Assembly (NCBI GenBank): GCA_030141605.1
Contig: JAQGDQ010001873.1
Location: forward strand, 1 to 22,777
Length of the DNA stretch: 22,777 bases
Reading direction: 5' to 3'
Source of the DNA: Tubiluchus corallicola
Taxonomy: Eukaryota; Animalia; Priapulida
The position numbers and the translations under genes are program-made. Of this stretch, positions 1 through 11,774 are shown piece after piece. Within the stretch, counting starts at the first letter, position 1; every line of letters begins with the position of its first letter. The notes beneath the pieces were generated by a model. That model did not search any database and was not told the origin of the DNA. It was given only the letters and a program-made list of their open reading frames with translations.

Positions 1-305
1 TATAGTAAAAATATTAATAGAAGAAGAAGAAGAATAAAACTTAATTAAAGTTTTAGCTGTTGGATGAAATTGAACCGTTTATATATGTTCAATTGTACAT
101 GACACCTAATTGAGTCAAGTTGCTGTTGACAAGTTGCTGTTTTACTAATGAGCAACCGCCTTAACTCGAAAAATTACCTAATTCAGGTCACTTGAGTATT
201 CAACTATGATAGTTACTTTTGTGCAGCGTTTTTGGGGCAGCAAAACGTAAAAGCTTGATACATTAATGCTCATCAAAGACTTGCACTCTTTAAAGTCCGT
301 GTGAG

Positions 306-749
306 CAGTGGCCGCTCGTGTATAGTAAACTGTGGTACTGTAGCACCCCCTGTTTTCACTTATTATTATCGATAATATTCAATGTAATAATATTTTTCTT
401 TAGTTCTTTGTTCTTTACACTTGTATGAATCCAGAGCTTGTCAGGGTAGTACTGTTTGCTTCACAGCTCAAGCAACATGGTGTTTGGCTGCTGTGCGCAT
501 GCGGCCATGCGCACATGTCTGATATAAGACGCTGTACTTTAGGTAGAAGGAGTACTGTCATATTCATAATGGCATATTCTTGAACTACGACAATTTGGGC
601 TATTCGTAGAAAAACAATATTTTTTGTTTAGGAGTTTATCAAGGTTATGTTTTAATTAGTTTGTTTGTTTAAAATTACAATTAAAACAATGGCTAAAAAT
701 TTTTTAATTTTGCAGCACCCCCGCAAATTTTAGCTACGAGCCGCCACTG
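306..749. mobile_element. hAT-superfamily MITE (non-autonomous DNA transposon)
   Basis: Terminal inverted repeats cagtggccgctcgt (306-319) / acgagccgccactg (736-749), 13/14 complementary. 8-bp flanks cgtgtgag (298-305) and cctgtcag (750-757) match 6/8, consistent with a decayed hAT target-site duplication. gcacccc motif near both ends; internal palindrome tgtgcgcatg-cggc-catgcgcaca near 492-515. Confidence 0.8.
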
Positions 750-820
750 CCTGTCAGTAAAAATGGTAGATTCCTGCAGCTATAACTATACCTCTCAGAC
801 AATAATATGAACAAATTTAC

Positions 821-961
821 CTATTTCACCAGGTAAAGCGAAGTTGATTACAGGTGTGACATTGGAGAAGAGACTGGGGGTAAGTGCTGGTATTCTTCTC
901 GGACATACGTCTGCTAGTGAAGAATTGTTCGACGGATGAGAGGAAAGGTCTTTCCATATTT
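821..961 (-). CDS. Gene B internal coding exon (141 nt, phase 1-1): (E)IWKDLSSHPSNNSSLADVCPRRIPALTPSLFSNVTPVINFALPGEI; secreted/extracellular protein of unknown family
   Basis: Minus-strand acceptor tttgatttcag|AAATATGG and donor GAAATAG|gtaaat. Open frame, length divisible by 3, phase matches the signal-peptide exon at 1788-1851. N-glycosylation sequons NNS/NSS/NVT. Confidence 0.75.
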
Positions 962-1189
962 CTGAAATCAAATTTATTCTATGAATTAATTCAAATTTAC
1001 AAAATGAAAAAGCCATCAAATGTTTCTAAGAAATAACACTAATTGTCATATATATATATATAAGATTCAATTACATGATGATCATTACTGATATTATAAA
1101 TCTCATCCGTTTCATAATAGATTCATTTGGCAATAACGTAGTATAAATTGTGGTATTAATACTTGTGATTTTCACTAGATTAAACATTT

Positions 1190-1620
1190 ATTATTAAAAC
1201 AACACAACTTTTATTAAAAAAATTAATTTGCAACTGTTTAAAAAACATGCAAACAAAAACCGGTTTGTATAGGCAGAACCTACAGTATAGAAAAAATTAT
1301 GCACTAATTACGTATTTACAAAGAAGACAAAGTAATGAATAAACAGACATGTAGAAAATAAATAGATACAGTAACAAAGTAACAAATAGCTAAGTGTTTG
1401 AAAATAAACTTAATGGAATTGAACTACTTTGTACATTAAGAGAAGGCTTATTAGTGTACATAGATAAACTTCTTTTATCAGTAAGTCCCAGTTATTTGTA
1501 GCTTTGGTTACAATGCTGAAATTATTAAAATTAGCTTTGAGCCCAAATATGGTCATTAATGCTACATTGAGGAGAATTTTTAATTTTCTTGGCAGTTCTA
1601 CACGAGATACCAGAATGTTC
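1190..1620 (-). mobile_element. Possible old CR1/L2-group LINE 3' remnant
   Basis: Minus-strand translation NNFSIVTKATNNWDLLIKEVYLCTLISL loosely resembles the CR1/L2 ORF2 C-terminal pattern FS....WN.LP.EV....SL, followed by AT-rich sequence with AATAAA. Weak; boundaries approximate. Confidence 0.3.
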
Positions 1621-1787
1621 ACATATTCTTACTTTAAAGTGTCTGGATGTTTTAAGTTGCTACACCGAAATATGTAAACAGTATCAGACAGTAAGAATGT
1701 ATGTATTTCAAAATACACGTGTATATAAACTTGCATATAATAAAATAACTACTTATTTCTAAACTAAAACAACTACTTACTACATAC

Positions 1788-1851
1788 CTGTACTTCCATT
1801 CAAGTGAAAAACTGCAGTTAGAACAAAAAACAAACACAAGCAGGAATTCAT
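1788..1851 (-). CDS. Gene B first coding exon encoding a signal peptide: MNSCLCLFFVLTAVFHLNGST (exon 1788-1865 including 14 nt 5'UTR)
   Basis: Acceptor cttacctgcattatag|CTGGATCAGCGTAA, in-frame TAA directly before ATG (1849-1851), hydrophobic core CLCLFFVLTAVF, strong donor GTACAG|gtatgt ending in phase 1, joining in frame to exon 821-961. Confidence 0.75.
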
Positions 1852-2151
1852 TTACGCTGATCCAGCTATAATGCAGGTAAGTATGAGTGAAAAGGTCAAC
1901 TTCCGCGAGACAATTAAGACCTTTCTGTGTCAGAAAGTCATTCTTTTCAAATGTGTGCTGAATTTTGATACAGTGAACAAGTGTCATGTTTCTTGGCCTT
2001 CAGGCGCATTCATAAAACACTCTGTCAATGTAAGGTGTAGTGGCTATAAAACAATGGTCTAAAACACGAGTTATCAAATATGTATAAATTGAGAAGCCTT
2101 ATCATAATGGAGGAAAACATTAAAATCTATGCTAGTATTTATTATTTATTA

Positions 2152-2250
2152 TACACGCACAAACACACACACATACGCATGCACGCATACACACGCACAC
2201 AAACACACGCAAGCACACACTCCTATGTGTCTATGTTCCACACACACACA

Positions 2251-2252
<2 letters not shown>
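2152..2252. repeat. Degenerate (CA)n microsatellite
   Basis: Interrupted cacacaca/cacgca runs leading directly into the TAC array. Confidence 0.85.
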
Positions 2253-3141
<889 letters not shown>

Positions 3142-3620
3142 TACACACTACGTGTATGTGGTTGTGTATCTAATTATAAATGTCTTAACATTGTAATAAA
3201 GTACTTACCAATTCCTAAGGTATGTTAATCAATTTTGTTCTGTATTCCAAAGGTGATGGAAAATAAATCTGCTTATAAAAAAACTTATATCTAAAATTAT
3301 TATTAACATTTTGCCCTAAAGAACCTTGACTTTCTTTGCAGTACGAACATTCTTTACTCATACACTGAAAGGAAACCTTTGCCCTTGCCTTTCCTCGATT
3401 AATATGTTCCCTAAAAATCTTGGACTCACCCCAAATGGCCGGCCCAATGTTCTAGCCAATACAGATAAGAATATCCGACTTTTTTGTCTACGCCATGAGT
3501 TACTCTCATTCACGTTTAGACGCAATCACTTTTCACCTGTCATACAGAGTGGTCAGTATTTAAGAAAGGTGTCAGTATTAATTTCGCTGGTGTAGATATA
3601 TATATATATATGTATATATA

Positions 3621-4290
3621 TATTGCTGTAGCCTCGTTATAACCGACGAGGCTACATATATATAATCATATAACCGACGAGGCAACAGCCACAACGACGC
3701 CACCATTTTCGACGAACTATACATCAAATGAAAGATCCGGACCCACAGATTTGCCATTGGGGTTTTATTTTTCGAATCGGGCCCACCGGGAGGAATGGAT
3801 AGCGAAAAACGCCAAAAAACGCCCTTTTTTGACCGCTTTTCGGAAAAACTTGCAAAAATTATACCTCTTATTTCTAGGGAAAAGGAAATGTGCCGGGGCG
3901 GTGCTGGCAATGGTTGAATAGCCCGTTTAATGGTGGGTGTAATAGTCATATTTTGCGGGAGGGCCAATAATACTCGCTACGGGCATTTTCCCCGAACCCA
4001 AGCACGCAAATTTTGCTTGAAACTGCTCAACCACCCTCCAGAAAAACTCAATTTGTGCAACTGTTTGGGCATGTTGGGAAAAAATAAGCACACTCGCAGA
4101 AAGACGACGAAACGGTCTACAAAATGTTGAAGGTTTTGATGGGAGAGATTATATACTGGACGAAACGGGAGAGGTATATTTCCAAGTTATTTTTCTACCC
4201 CCTGTGTGCACGCTAGTTGGAACATCCATTGTCTTTGAGTTTGATAAATTTCGCGGCTGTTGCAGGCATTGTTGTCACCCGCCGTTCTAC
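3621..4290. mobile_element. Probable non-autonomous transposon with a terminal hairpin (Helentron/DINE-like architecture suspected)
   Basis: Starts beside (TA)n with a perfect 10-bp stem gtagcctcgt-tataaccg-acgaggctac (~3628-3655), then a short TA tract and a duplicated taaccgacgaggc. Body is GC/CpG-richer than its flanks. Right boundary uncertain. Confidence 0.4.
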
Positions 4291-4641
4291 AGTGTTATAG
4301 ATTGTACATGTAAGTAAGATCTGTTAGCCTATTATCACCTGTGAAGCAGCAAAACAAAACTATGTAGAACGTCCACACATTATTGATCATTGGTAGATGC
4401 GTCTTTGGTAGATCGTAGTTTTGACTTTGTGCAAAATATTTTGAATGGTTTTGTTGTGATGCTGTGCTGTTGGTGTTGGCGCTGTAGATGTCGTCATCGT
4501 TGTCATCATCATTATCGTCGTTATTAATATCTCGATCACCATGTGATGTGGTGTGGGTGTTGTGGAAGGCGTGGTTTAGTGTGGTCTGGGTGGTATGGTG
4601 TGGCATTGATGATGTGGTGTGGATAATGTAGTATGATGGTA

Positions 4642-4812
<171 letters not shown>

Positions 4813-4913
4813 TTGTGTGGTGTTGGTGGAGTGGTGTGGGTGATTCTCTGTGATTCCACTAGATCCATTTCATCAAAAGATGAGCAAACTCATGTGGTGT
4901 GTGTGTGTGTGTG

Positions 4914-6198
4914 TTTATTCAGAAAATAAGAAAATACATAAATATTTATATTAATGTCTGTGACCTGTCTTAAATCAATGCTCAGTATGCTGACCAGCAT
5001 GACGTGATTCTTGACTCCAGTAAAACAAAGTATTAACAGCCAGAATTTAATTAATTTACCTAGAATTATAGCTAATTTTATATAGCTCGTACAGCGTTAA
5101 ATTGGACCGAAGAAGTGGGTCATCTGGGTCACAAACTAACAACGAACAACGAGGATGACTAATTTATTCTTACGGATGTGGTTTGTCAATAATGTTGGAA
5201 CAACATACGAAAATATATAAAAGAATGAGAGACCGTCTTACGAATTTTTGCTTCACTTTTACTACTAGTGTCCTTCGTATCTAAAACCTGCTCTAGCAGT
5301 TAATGTTTCTTAGTCGTTAATGCACGACAATTCTTTCTAATAATTATTTTCACTTCACAGCAAAGGTCACGCCAGGTTTCTTTACGTTTACTTGACATAA
5401 TGAAATATGCAGACTGAGTGCAAGTTATGATTAGCAGGCAGGACGCTTGTGTGTGGAGGAATCTGCTCCTGGCCTAGAAAGCATTTTTTCGTCTAGGATT
5501 CTAGACACTTACAATTAAGAGGCTGAAGCCAAAATTTCGAAATATTGCTGTAACATCTCATGGTCGGGAACCCTGATGAACTTTTGGTCCTAACCCGAGC
5601 CCCGATTCCGATTACTGGATGTCGAACGCCGAAAAATCCCGACCTCGAATTCAAATCCCGAACCCGATACTGAACTGCTAATTCCGACCCGAATTCGGTC
5701 CCGTCCGGAAACTGTGAATACCTACAGAATACAGCCAATAGATATGTTAGCATCGACGTGTATAAAATACTATATCTCGCAGCAAAAATTGCACTCTGTT
5801 TAAGTCATTAAAACATCCACTGCAAGAAAATAATTAAGTACTTTTTATACCATTCAGCAAAAATTCGTAAGACGGTGTCTCATTGTTTTAAATATTTTCG
5901 TAAGTTGTTCCAACATTATTGACAAACCACATCCGGTAGAATAAATTAGTCATCCTCGTTGTTCGTCGTTAGTTTGTTACCCAGATGACCCACTTCTTCG
6001 GTCCAATTTAACGCTGTACCATTAGCTATAATTCTAGGCAAGTTAATTAAGTTCTAGCTGTAAATAAATAAAATACACTTTGTTTTACTGGAATTAAGAA
6101 TCAGTCATGCTGGTCAGCATACTGAATGCATATACTGAGCATTGATTTAAGGTAGGTCGCAGACATTAATATAAATACTTATGTATTTTCTGAATAAA
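4914..6198. mobile_element. Fold-back-type element with ~340-bp inverted arms
   Basis: 4914-5252 is the near reverse complement of 5856-6198 (e.g. gtacagcgttaaattggaccgaagaagtgggtcatctgggt / acccagatgacccacttcttcggtccaatttaacgctgtac), with small indels. The ~600-bp spacer has a CCCGA/TCCGA motif cluster at ~5590-5710. Confidence 0.85.
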
Positions 6199-6205
6199 TG
6201 AGAGT

Positions 6206-6206
<1 letters not shown>

Positions 6207-6238
<32 letters not shown>
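6207..6238. repeat. (TAA)n microsatellite
   Basis: About 10 TAA units, directly visible. Confidence 0.95.
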
Positions 6239-6239
<1 letters not shown>

Positions 6240-6436
6240 TTGTGAAAGTATTACAACTACATTAATAATTGTCTTATCGATACCAATTGTACTGTAGCAC
6301 TGCATTATAATTTAAGAATTAGGGTATTCAGTATAGTCATGCCAAAGTCATTATATTGTTTCACTTTGTTTTGAGTGTAGGTGCCTAATTTCCGAGGCAA
6401 TCGCCAATTTCTTTTCATTATTGTGTGACGTCTTCA

Positions 6437-6976
6437 AGGAAAACCGGACGATTGTTTAGACTCAATCTCATTTTAATTTACAGTTCAAAATATACATTTT
6501 CTGGACTATAAAAGTTAGCAATTGTTTCTTACATTTGAATAATTAGCTTAGAAAGTTAATTAACGGCAACCGAACACAGTTATTGCTTACGTCACAAACT
6601 AACCGCAGTTTGCGCAATGGCAGGCATGTCCCTCAAGCACGTTTGCGTAAGTGTTACAGTACTGCTTAAACGCGCGATGTCACGAAAAATGGGTTTTACA
6701 TCATATGACGTCACAAACTAACGCTGCAGTTCATAATCATGGTTATCACGGTACCGGCTTCTATTTGTCAGCCACGCGAATGTGACAAAAAGGCGCCGTT
6801 ACCAATCTTAGTGGATTCGCTGATCCGCCCGTAGCTTTGAAAGTTTAACAAAATTTGAGTATCCGAGGCAATTATTATTTAATCAAAGCTTTGATTTAAA
6901 AAAGCTATTATAGTTTTCAATATTTTAGAGCATTCTTTATTCTGAACTAATGCCTACACAATCGTCCGGTTTTGCT
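6437..6976 (+). mobile_element. Kolobok-like MITE, copy 1
   Basis: TIRs aggaaaaccggacgattgt ... acaatcgtccggttttgct, flanked by ttca/ttaa. Colinear high similarity to 15824-16383 and, inverted, to 7177-7686. TTAA flanks with purine-purine start are the Kolobok signature. Confidence 0.85.
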
Positions 6977-7176
6977 TTAACTTAATTATCAGAATTTTGT
7001 GCTCAAATTTTATATGAACTTGCTCAACGCGTATTGCTCTCAAGTGCCTCATTTCAGTATTAAGCAAATTGTAGTCTTTGCTTTTGAGAAGGAATATCAT
7101 GTTGTTTGCAGAACAGATACCCGAGGTAGTTCTTCCTTTTTCCTCATCGGCTGTCATCACCAAGCGTCGCCTACTT

Positions 7177-7686
7177 GGAAAACCGAACAATTGTGTAGAC
7201 AATAGTTGAAAATAACGTATGTTCTAAAATATTGAAAACTATAATCAATACCGAATTTAAATAATAATTACCTCGGCTAATTAAATTTTGTTAAACTTTC
7301 AAACGTACTCGCAGCTCTGCGAATCCACTGAGACTGGCAATGGCGCCTTTTTATCACATTCGCGTGATAAGCATGATCATGAACTGAAGTGTTTGTCTTT
7401 GACGTCAGTGTGACGTAGAGCTCATTTTTGTGACGTCCCATCAACGTCTTATAGCAATCTTCGCTTAAGCAAACGTGCTTGAAGCGCAGGGAAGATGCCG
7501 GCATTGCACAAACTGTGGTTAGTTTGTGACGTAAGCGGTAGCTATGTTCGTTTGCCGCTAAATAACTCCAAGGTTTTTATCGTGATATTTGAATCAAGTA
7601 CTAACTTTTATAGGAAAGACAATCTGTATTTTAGACCGCATTAATCAATCGTCCGTATTGAGCCTAATCAATCGTCCGGTTTTCCT
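7177..7686 (-). mobile_element. Kolobok-like MITE, copy 2 (inverted, more diverged)
   Basis: Ends ggaaaaccgaacaattgtgtag ... caatcgtccggttttcct. Internal blocks (ttctaaaatattgaaaactata, ggcgcctttt, ggttagtttgtgacgtaagc) are reverse complements of copies 1/3. Confidence 0.8.
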
Positions 7687-8096
7687 CCTCAGGAATATAG
7701 ACATTGTTTTTCGTTTTTAGTCGCCTTGGAAATGACAATTCAGCTATTTTAGCTGTAATAATCATGCATTGCATTAGCTTTCGAGAATAACTTCGCTATC
7801 GCAGACTAAAGCTTTACAACTATCCGCCTTTTGCATCTTATGTCTAAACCCCAGGTAAACGATTAGTATTATGCCAGCGTATTCGTGAATTCACAAAGAA
7901 AACTGGTTTCATTTTTCCTTGTTGACGTTTACTGACAAAGAAAAGTGCGGCGGTGAATTGTCAAGGCTTCCTGACATTGTCGAGAGTAATTCTATACTGC
8001 CATAGAACTAGTTAAATTAGACCTGCCAGCAGTTCTGCAATTGTTCGCCTCGGTTCGTGGTTGTATTCACTTAAAAAAACGTAAGCACAACGTTAC

Positions 8097-8230
8097 CTGA
8101 GACGCTGAACTGCTTTTGCAAATGTTTGCCTTTGAGTTGAACTCAGGAACAATGCTACGGAACAATGCTATGTAAGTTCTATAAGCTACTTCAACAAACC
8201 GCCCGTTTGCGAATTTTCGGAAGCGATAAG
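8097..8230 (-). promoter_or_regulatory. Candidate non-coding first exon / promoter-proximal region of gene B
   Basis: Good minus-strand donor TCTCAG|gtaacg (GT at 8095-8096) in a CpG-enriched non-repeat stretch. Gene B's ATG exon has an acceptor, so an upstream exon must exist. The TSS cannot be determined. Confidence 0.3.
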
Positions 8231-8333
8231 CCGATTATTTAAAAACAATATTAACTTTTCTTTCCTTCTGTTTTCTGCAATTCATGTATGAGACCATTTT
8301 TGTTTCGATAATAATGAGGCAGATATACATAGG

Positions 8334-8405
8334 TAACCTAGCCACTGGGGGGGGGGGGGTGGTCTCAGTGCCGGTCTCAAGCCCGGATAAGTAGGGAGGA
8401 TTAGG
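8334..8405 (+). ncRNA. Twister ribozyme core (P1-type) at the 5' end of an RTE element
   Basis: U^AA at 8334-8336. P2 ccta (8337-40)/tagg (8392-95). T2 gc (8341-42) with aagc. P3 cactggg/ctcagtg. P4 ccgg/ccgg around tctcaagc. GAGGA (8396-8400). Matches the twister motif GCCGGUCCCAAGCCCGGAUAA...GAGGG with one C>U giving a U-G wobble in T1. P1 is weak (two G-U pairs) because its 5' strand comes from the flank. Confidence 0.8.
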
Positions 8406-8822
8406 GTCAGGAAGGGCATCCGCCTGTAAAAACTGCGCCAAAACCTTCTATGAATGAGTCTTCGGTGAGACTTAAAGGGAAAGTTCGCAAAGAAGCGGTC
8501 AGACCCGCTCTAATCTGTGGGCTGGAAGTAGCTTCTCTAAAGAAGTCCGAAGAGAAGAAAATGGGTGTGGTGGAGATGAGGATGTTGAGATGGATGGTGG
8601 GAATAACAAGAAGAGATAAAATTGGAAATAACAATATCAGAGAAACAGTAAAAGTAGTGGAAGTCTCGCAAGATTGCGATGGTATGGACACCTGAAAAGA
8701 AGAGTCGGTGAAGATCATGTGGGAAGGGAAGACATAAATGAAGAGATGGTCAACAACAGGAAATGCGTGGAGAAGACTCATTCACAACGGCGACCCCGAA
8801 TAGGGAAAAGCTGGGAAGAAGA
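8337..8822 (+). mobile_element. Internally deleted non-autonomous RTE-clade retrotransposon
   Basis: Perfect 16-bp TSD agatatacataggtaa (8321-8336, 8823-8838). RTE 5'UTR motif ggaagggcatccg..gtaaaa. RTE ORF C-terminal peptides LKGKV...VRPALICGLE...EMRMLRWMVGITRRDKI.N..IR, frameshifted RLRWYGHLKRR and WRRLIHNGDPE*. (GAA)n tail. Confidence 0.92.
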
Positions 8823-9322
8823 AGATATACATAGGTAAGATATTTCAGAGAGTTTTTTCATTTTGTTAGTTTTTTGCATTGCCAAATTGTCTAACTGAGG
8901 ACGAAATAGATAAACAATAATTTTTTTAAAACAATATCGAATGATTGAATATTGTTGAATATTGAATAAGCACGCTCATATTTAAGTTTTTTGTGTTCTG
9001 AAGCTGAATCAGTTGTTTTTCTTTCTGTTACTCCCTTTTTGCCCTTTTCTCTCCCCAATACCTTTAAATAAGCAAATAACGACTAGGCAATACAAACTCA
9101 ACAGTATTGTTGTTGTTGTTGTTTTACATTAGCATTTGTACTGACGACAACAAGCATAAGTCAAACAGCAGCTCTGACTACAGCTCTAGCTATCATACAT
9201 CATTCAGTTACTTAATTAGAAAGACTGAGACAGTCACAGAACTGTTGTTTGTTGTTAATACTATGATGCTACTTTACACTTTACGATATCCTGTAATTTC
9301 ACCATAATTTACCGACTGGAAA

Positions 9323-9714
9323 GCGATGCCCGGGGAAGTGGGGCGTGTGAGGCCCCATCGGGGGTGGGGGGGGGCGAAGTGGCGGGGGGCGGGCGCCACC
9401 ATGGTTGGCGCCCAGAAAATTTTTGAACTGCTAGAAGGCCAGAGAAGCATATTCGCAGAGAAAATATGGAGTTATACAGTTGTTAAAGGAAAGAATAATT
9501 GAAAGAAAAACTGCTTTATTCTCAAGGCCAGTCCTTAATACTTGTCAATACTGGCAAACGGCGCGCATGCGGCGAGAGAGAGAGAGAGAGAGAGGGAGAG
9601 AGGAGGCAGTATGTTTGCATAAAACAAAAAAATGTTACCTTGCTGTGAGGCCCCCTGGAGGGTGAGGCCCCGGGGAAGTATCTCCACTTCCCCCCCCCCT
9701 TGAAATAGGCCCTG
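9323..9714. mobile_element. hAT-like MITE, left terminus apparently deleted
   Basis: Right end ...aaataggccctg. Flanking 8-mers actggaaa (9315-9322) / actggaag (9715-9722) match 7/8. Subterminal gtgaggcccc and cccggggaagt motifs at both ends; internal (GA)n at ~9574-9603. Confidence 0.65.
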
Positions 9715-10021
9715 ACTGGAAGGCTATTGCAGGGATCTTATTAGACACACTGTAATTACAAACGTTACGTTTGCATATTTCAATAATCATATGTAATCAA
9801 TTAGCGTATAACAATGTTTGTAAAATCTCCGAGGAAGAAAAATGCATAAAAATATCAAAAACGCAGTAGAATGCCCATTAAGATGTAAAGAGGTAACCTC
9901 AAAACTCTGAGAAGAGGTTCACTGTACACAATAAGAGAGTTAAAATAGAGCAGCACAATTTTTCTACGCTTGTCTTTCTGAATACAAAGTACGCAGAGCG
10001 TATCATTTCAAGAAAAACTAA

Positions 10022-10470
10022 TTTTTTTCTTTTTTTAAATACGGAATATTTATTAAATATATCCACAACGATCATTACAGCATTGTACATAAAAGTATTT
10101 AATAATATATTTATTATTATGTACACAAGATGACAAGCTGCAAATGACCTGTGGGGTACTCAAGAAGTAGTTACTTGTTTAGAGCACCCCAAATGAATGT
10201 GGATTGAGTGTAATAGAAAAGAGCAGTAAAGGAGTAGAAGGAAAGGTTGATAGAGAAATGAAAGAAGGAGAAAGATTTGATGGTGTCTGTATGAAGTAAT
10301 GCGAACTATAGAAATGTAAAAATTGACATAGCCAGCAACGCAATGGATTCCGACAGGGACAGCAGCGTAATTAATCAAATTGATTTATTCTGTATAATTA
10401 GAAAAGATTTCACTTTTAAGATTTCTTTTGAAGTTATTTATAGATAAAGAATTTTTTATGTATTCGTTCC
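10022..10470 (-). mobile_element. 5'-truncated CR1/L2/Crack-group LINE 3' end
   Basis: Minus-strand peptide EYIKNSLSINNFKRNLKSEIFSNY fits the IK.S.S...FK..LK ORF2 terminus. 3'UTR stem-loop ggggtgctc/gagtacccc (10153-10190), AATAAA (10049-10054) and A-tail (10022-10036). Confidence 0.7.
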
Positions 10471-10974
10471 TAAACCTTTCAGCCTTTTTTTTGACAAATA
10501 AGATTCTGCTTGTTAATACTGCAATTATACGATACTGTTGACAAAAAATTTTGATTAAAGATGTTGATGATGACACTGGCGCCATCAAGTATCGCATTTT
10601 TTACACACTTTGGAGCACGGTTGAGCTACTTCAGCCAAACATAATTTAGGAAACTACAGTTCATCATTGATACGTTTATTTGCTTTACCGCAGGGTGTAA
10701 TTGTTATTTATTGACCAGAAAGGTTTTTATTATACATTTTATTTACAAGCGTGTGCCGTCATTGACTAACATGTTATAACTGAATACCTGTAGTAAGGCG
10801 AGGTAAAATATCTGGCAAGGTTAGACTGCCTAGAACTGTACTGTCCTGCTATAGTGATGCTGGGTAGTGTTACCACGAGACGGCTGCTACTAGTGCAGTT
10901 CCAAATTGCAGGTTTTTTTAAACAGCCGAATTAAGTTTGTGCAGCAGCATGGATGAAAAGTTCCGTAGAATAAT

Positions 10975-11320
10975 TAAAATGTAAAAAACGAAATAAAGTA
11001 AAATTAAGTCGAAAGACATTGCAATGAAATAAAATAACATGAAATAAAATAAAATACTGAAATGAAATAAAATAAAGTAAAATAATGTAACACAAAATAA
11101 AAAATAAAATAGAGTAAAATTAAGTCAAAAGAAATTGCAATGAAATGCAATAAAGTAAAATAACATGAAATAAAACAAAAAAAAAAATAAAATGACATAA
11201 AAAAAGTAAAATAGAGTAAAATTAAGTTAAAAGACATTGCAATGAATGCAATAAAGTAAAATAACATGAAATAAAATAAAATAAAATGACATAAAATAAA
11301 AAGTAAAATAAAACAAAATG
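10975..11320. repeat. A-rich pentamer-derived minisatellite, ~3 units of ~100-115 bp
   Basis: A gtaaaattaagt..aaaga.attgcaatgaa block recurs at ~10998, ~11114 and ~11216 amid (AAAAT)-like repeats. Confidence 0.85.
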
Positions 11321-11774
11321 AATTACAAGTTACAAGGGCGGAATGTAAGATCACAATGATTGTATGGAATAGATTAGGGTTTCCTGACATGTCACGACCT
11401 CATGTACAGCAAACAACGTGTCCTGTTCATAAAATCAGGTTTCAGCAAACTTACAAGGGATACCTTTCTTTTAGTATAACCGAGTTTCTTTCTGAGCAGG
11501 AGGTGGGGTGGGGTGGGGTGGGTCAAAAACAAAGAGTACAGAACAACTAACGAATTCTAATTCAGCTGCGATATCTTGTTCATTATTTTAGTGTAGACGC
11601 CTTGTGCGCGTCGTATAACCTGCAGAATTGGGATATGATAGGAGATTATCGAACTGAAAAGATTGGAAATTCACTGGACGTCAACCCTGTTGACCAGTTG
11701 GAGTTATCTTGAAACGCAGAGTGGAGGCTAAAGTGATTCAAGATACCACTGCTCGACACTGACGTTGTTGAAAT

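Noticed and set aside
11004-11390. Hydrophobic 128-aa ORF resembling a membrane protein
   Set aside because: Antisense translation of the A-rich minisatellite.
11728-11774. Alternative terminal exon of gene A, (D)FNNVSVEQWYLESL*
   Set aside because: Phase-compatible, but its acceptor overlaps the antisense of the LINE fragment starting at ~11775 and has no other support.
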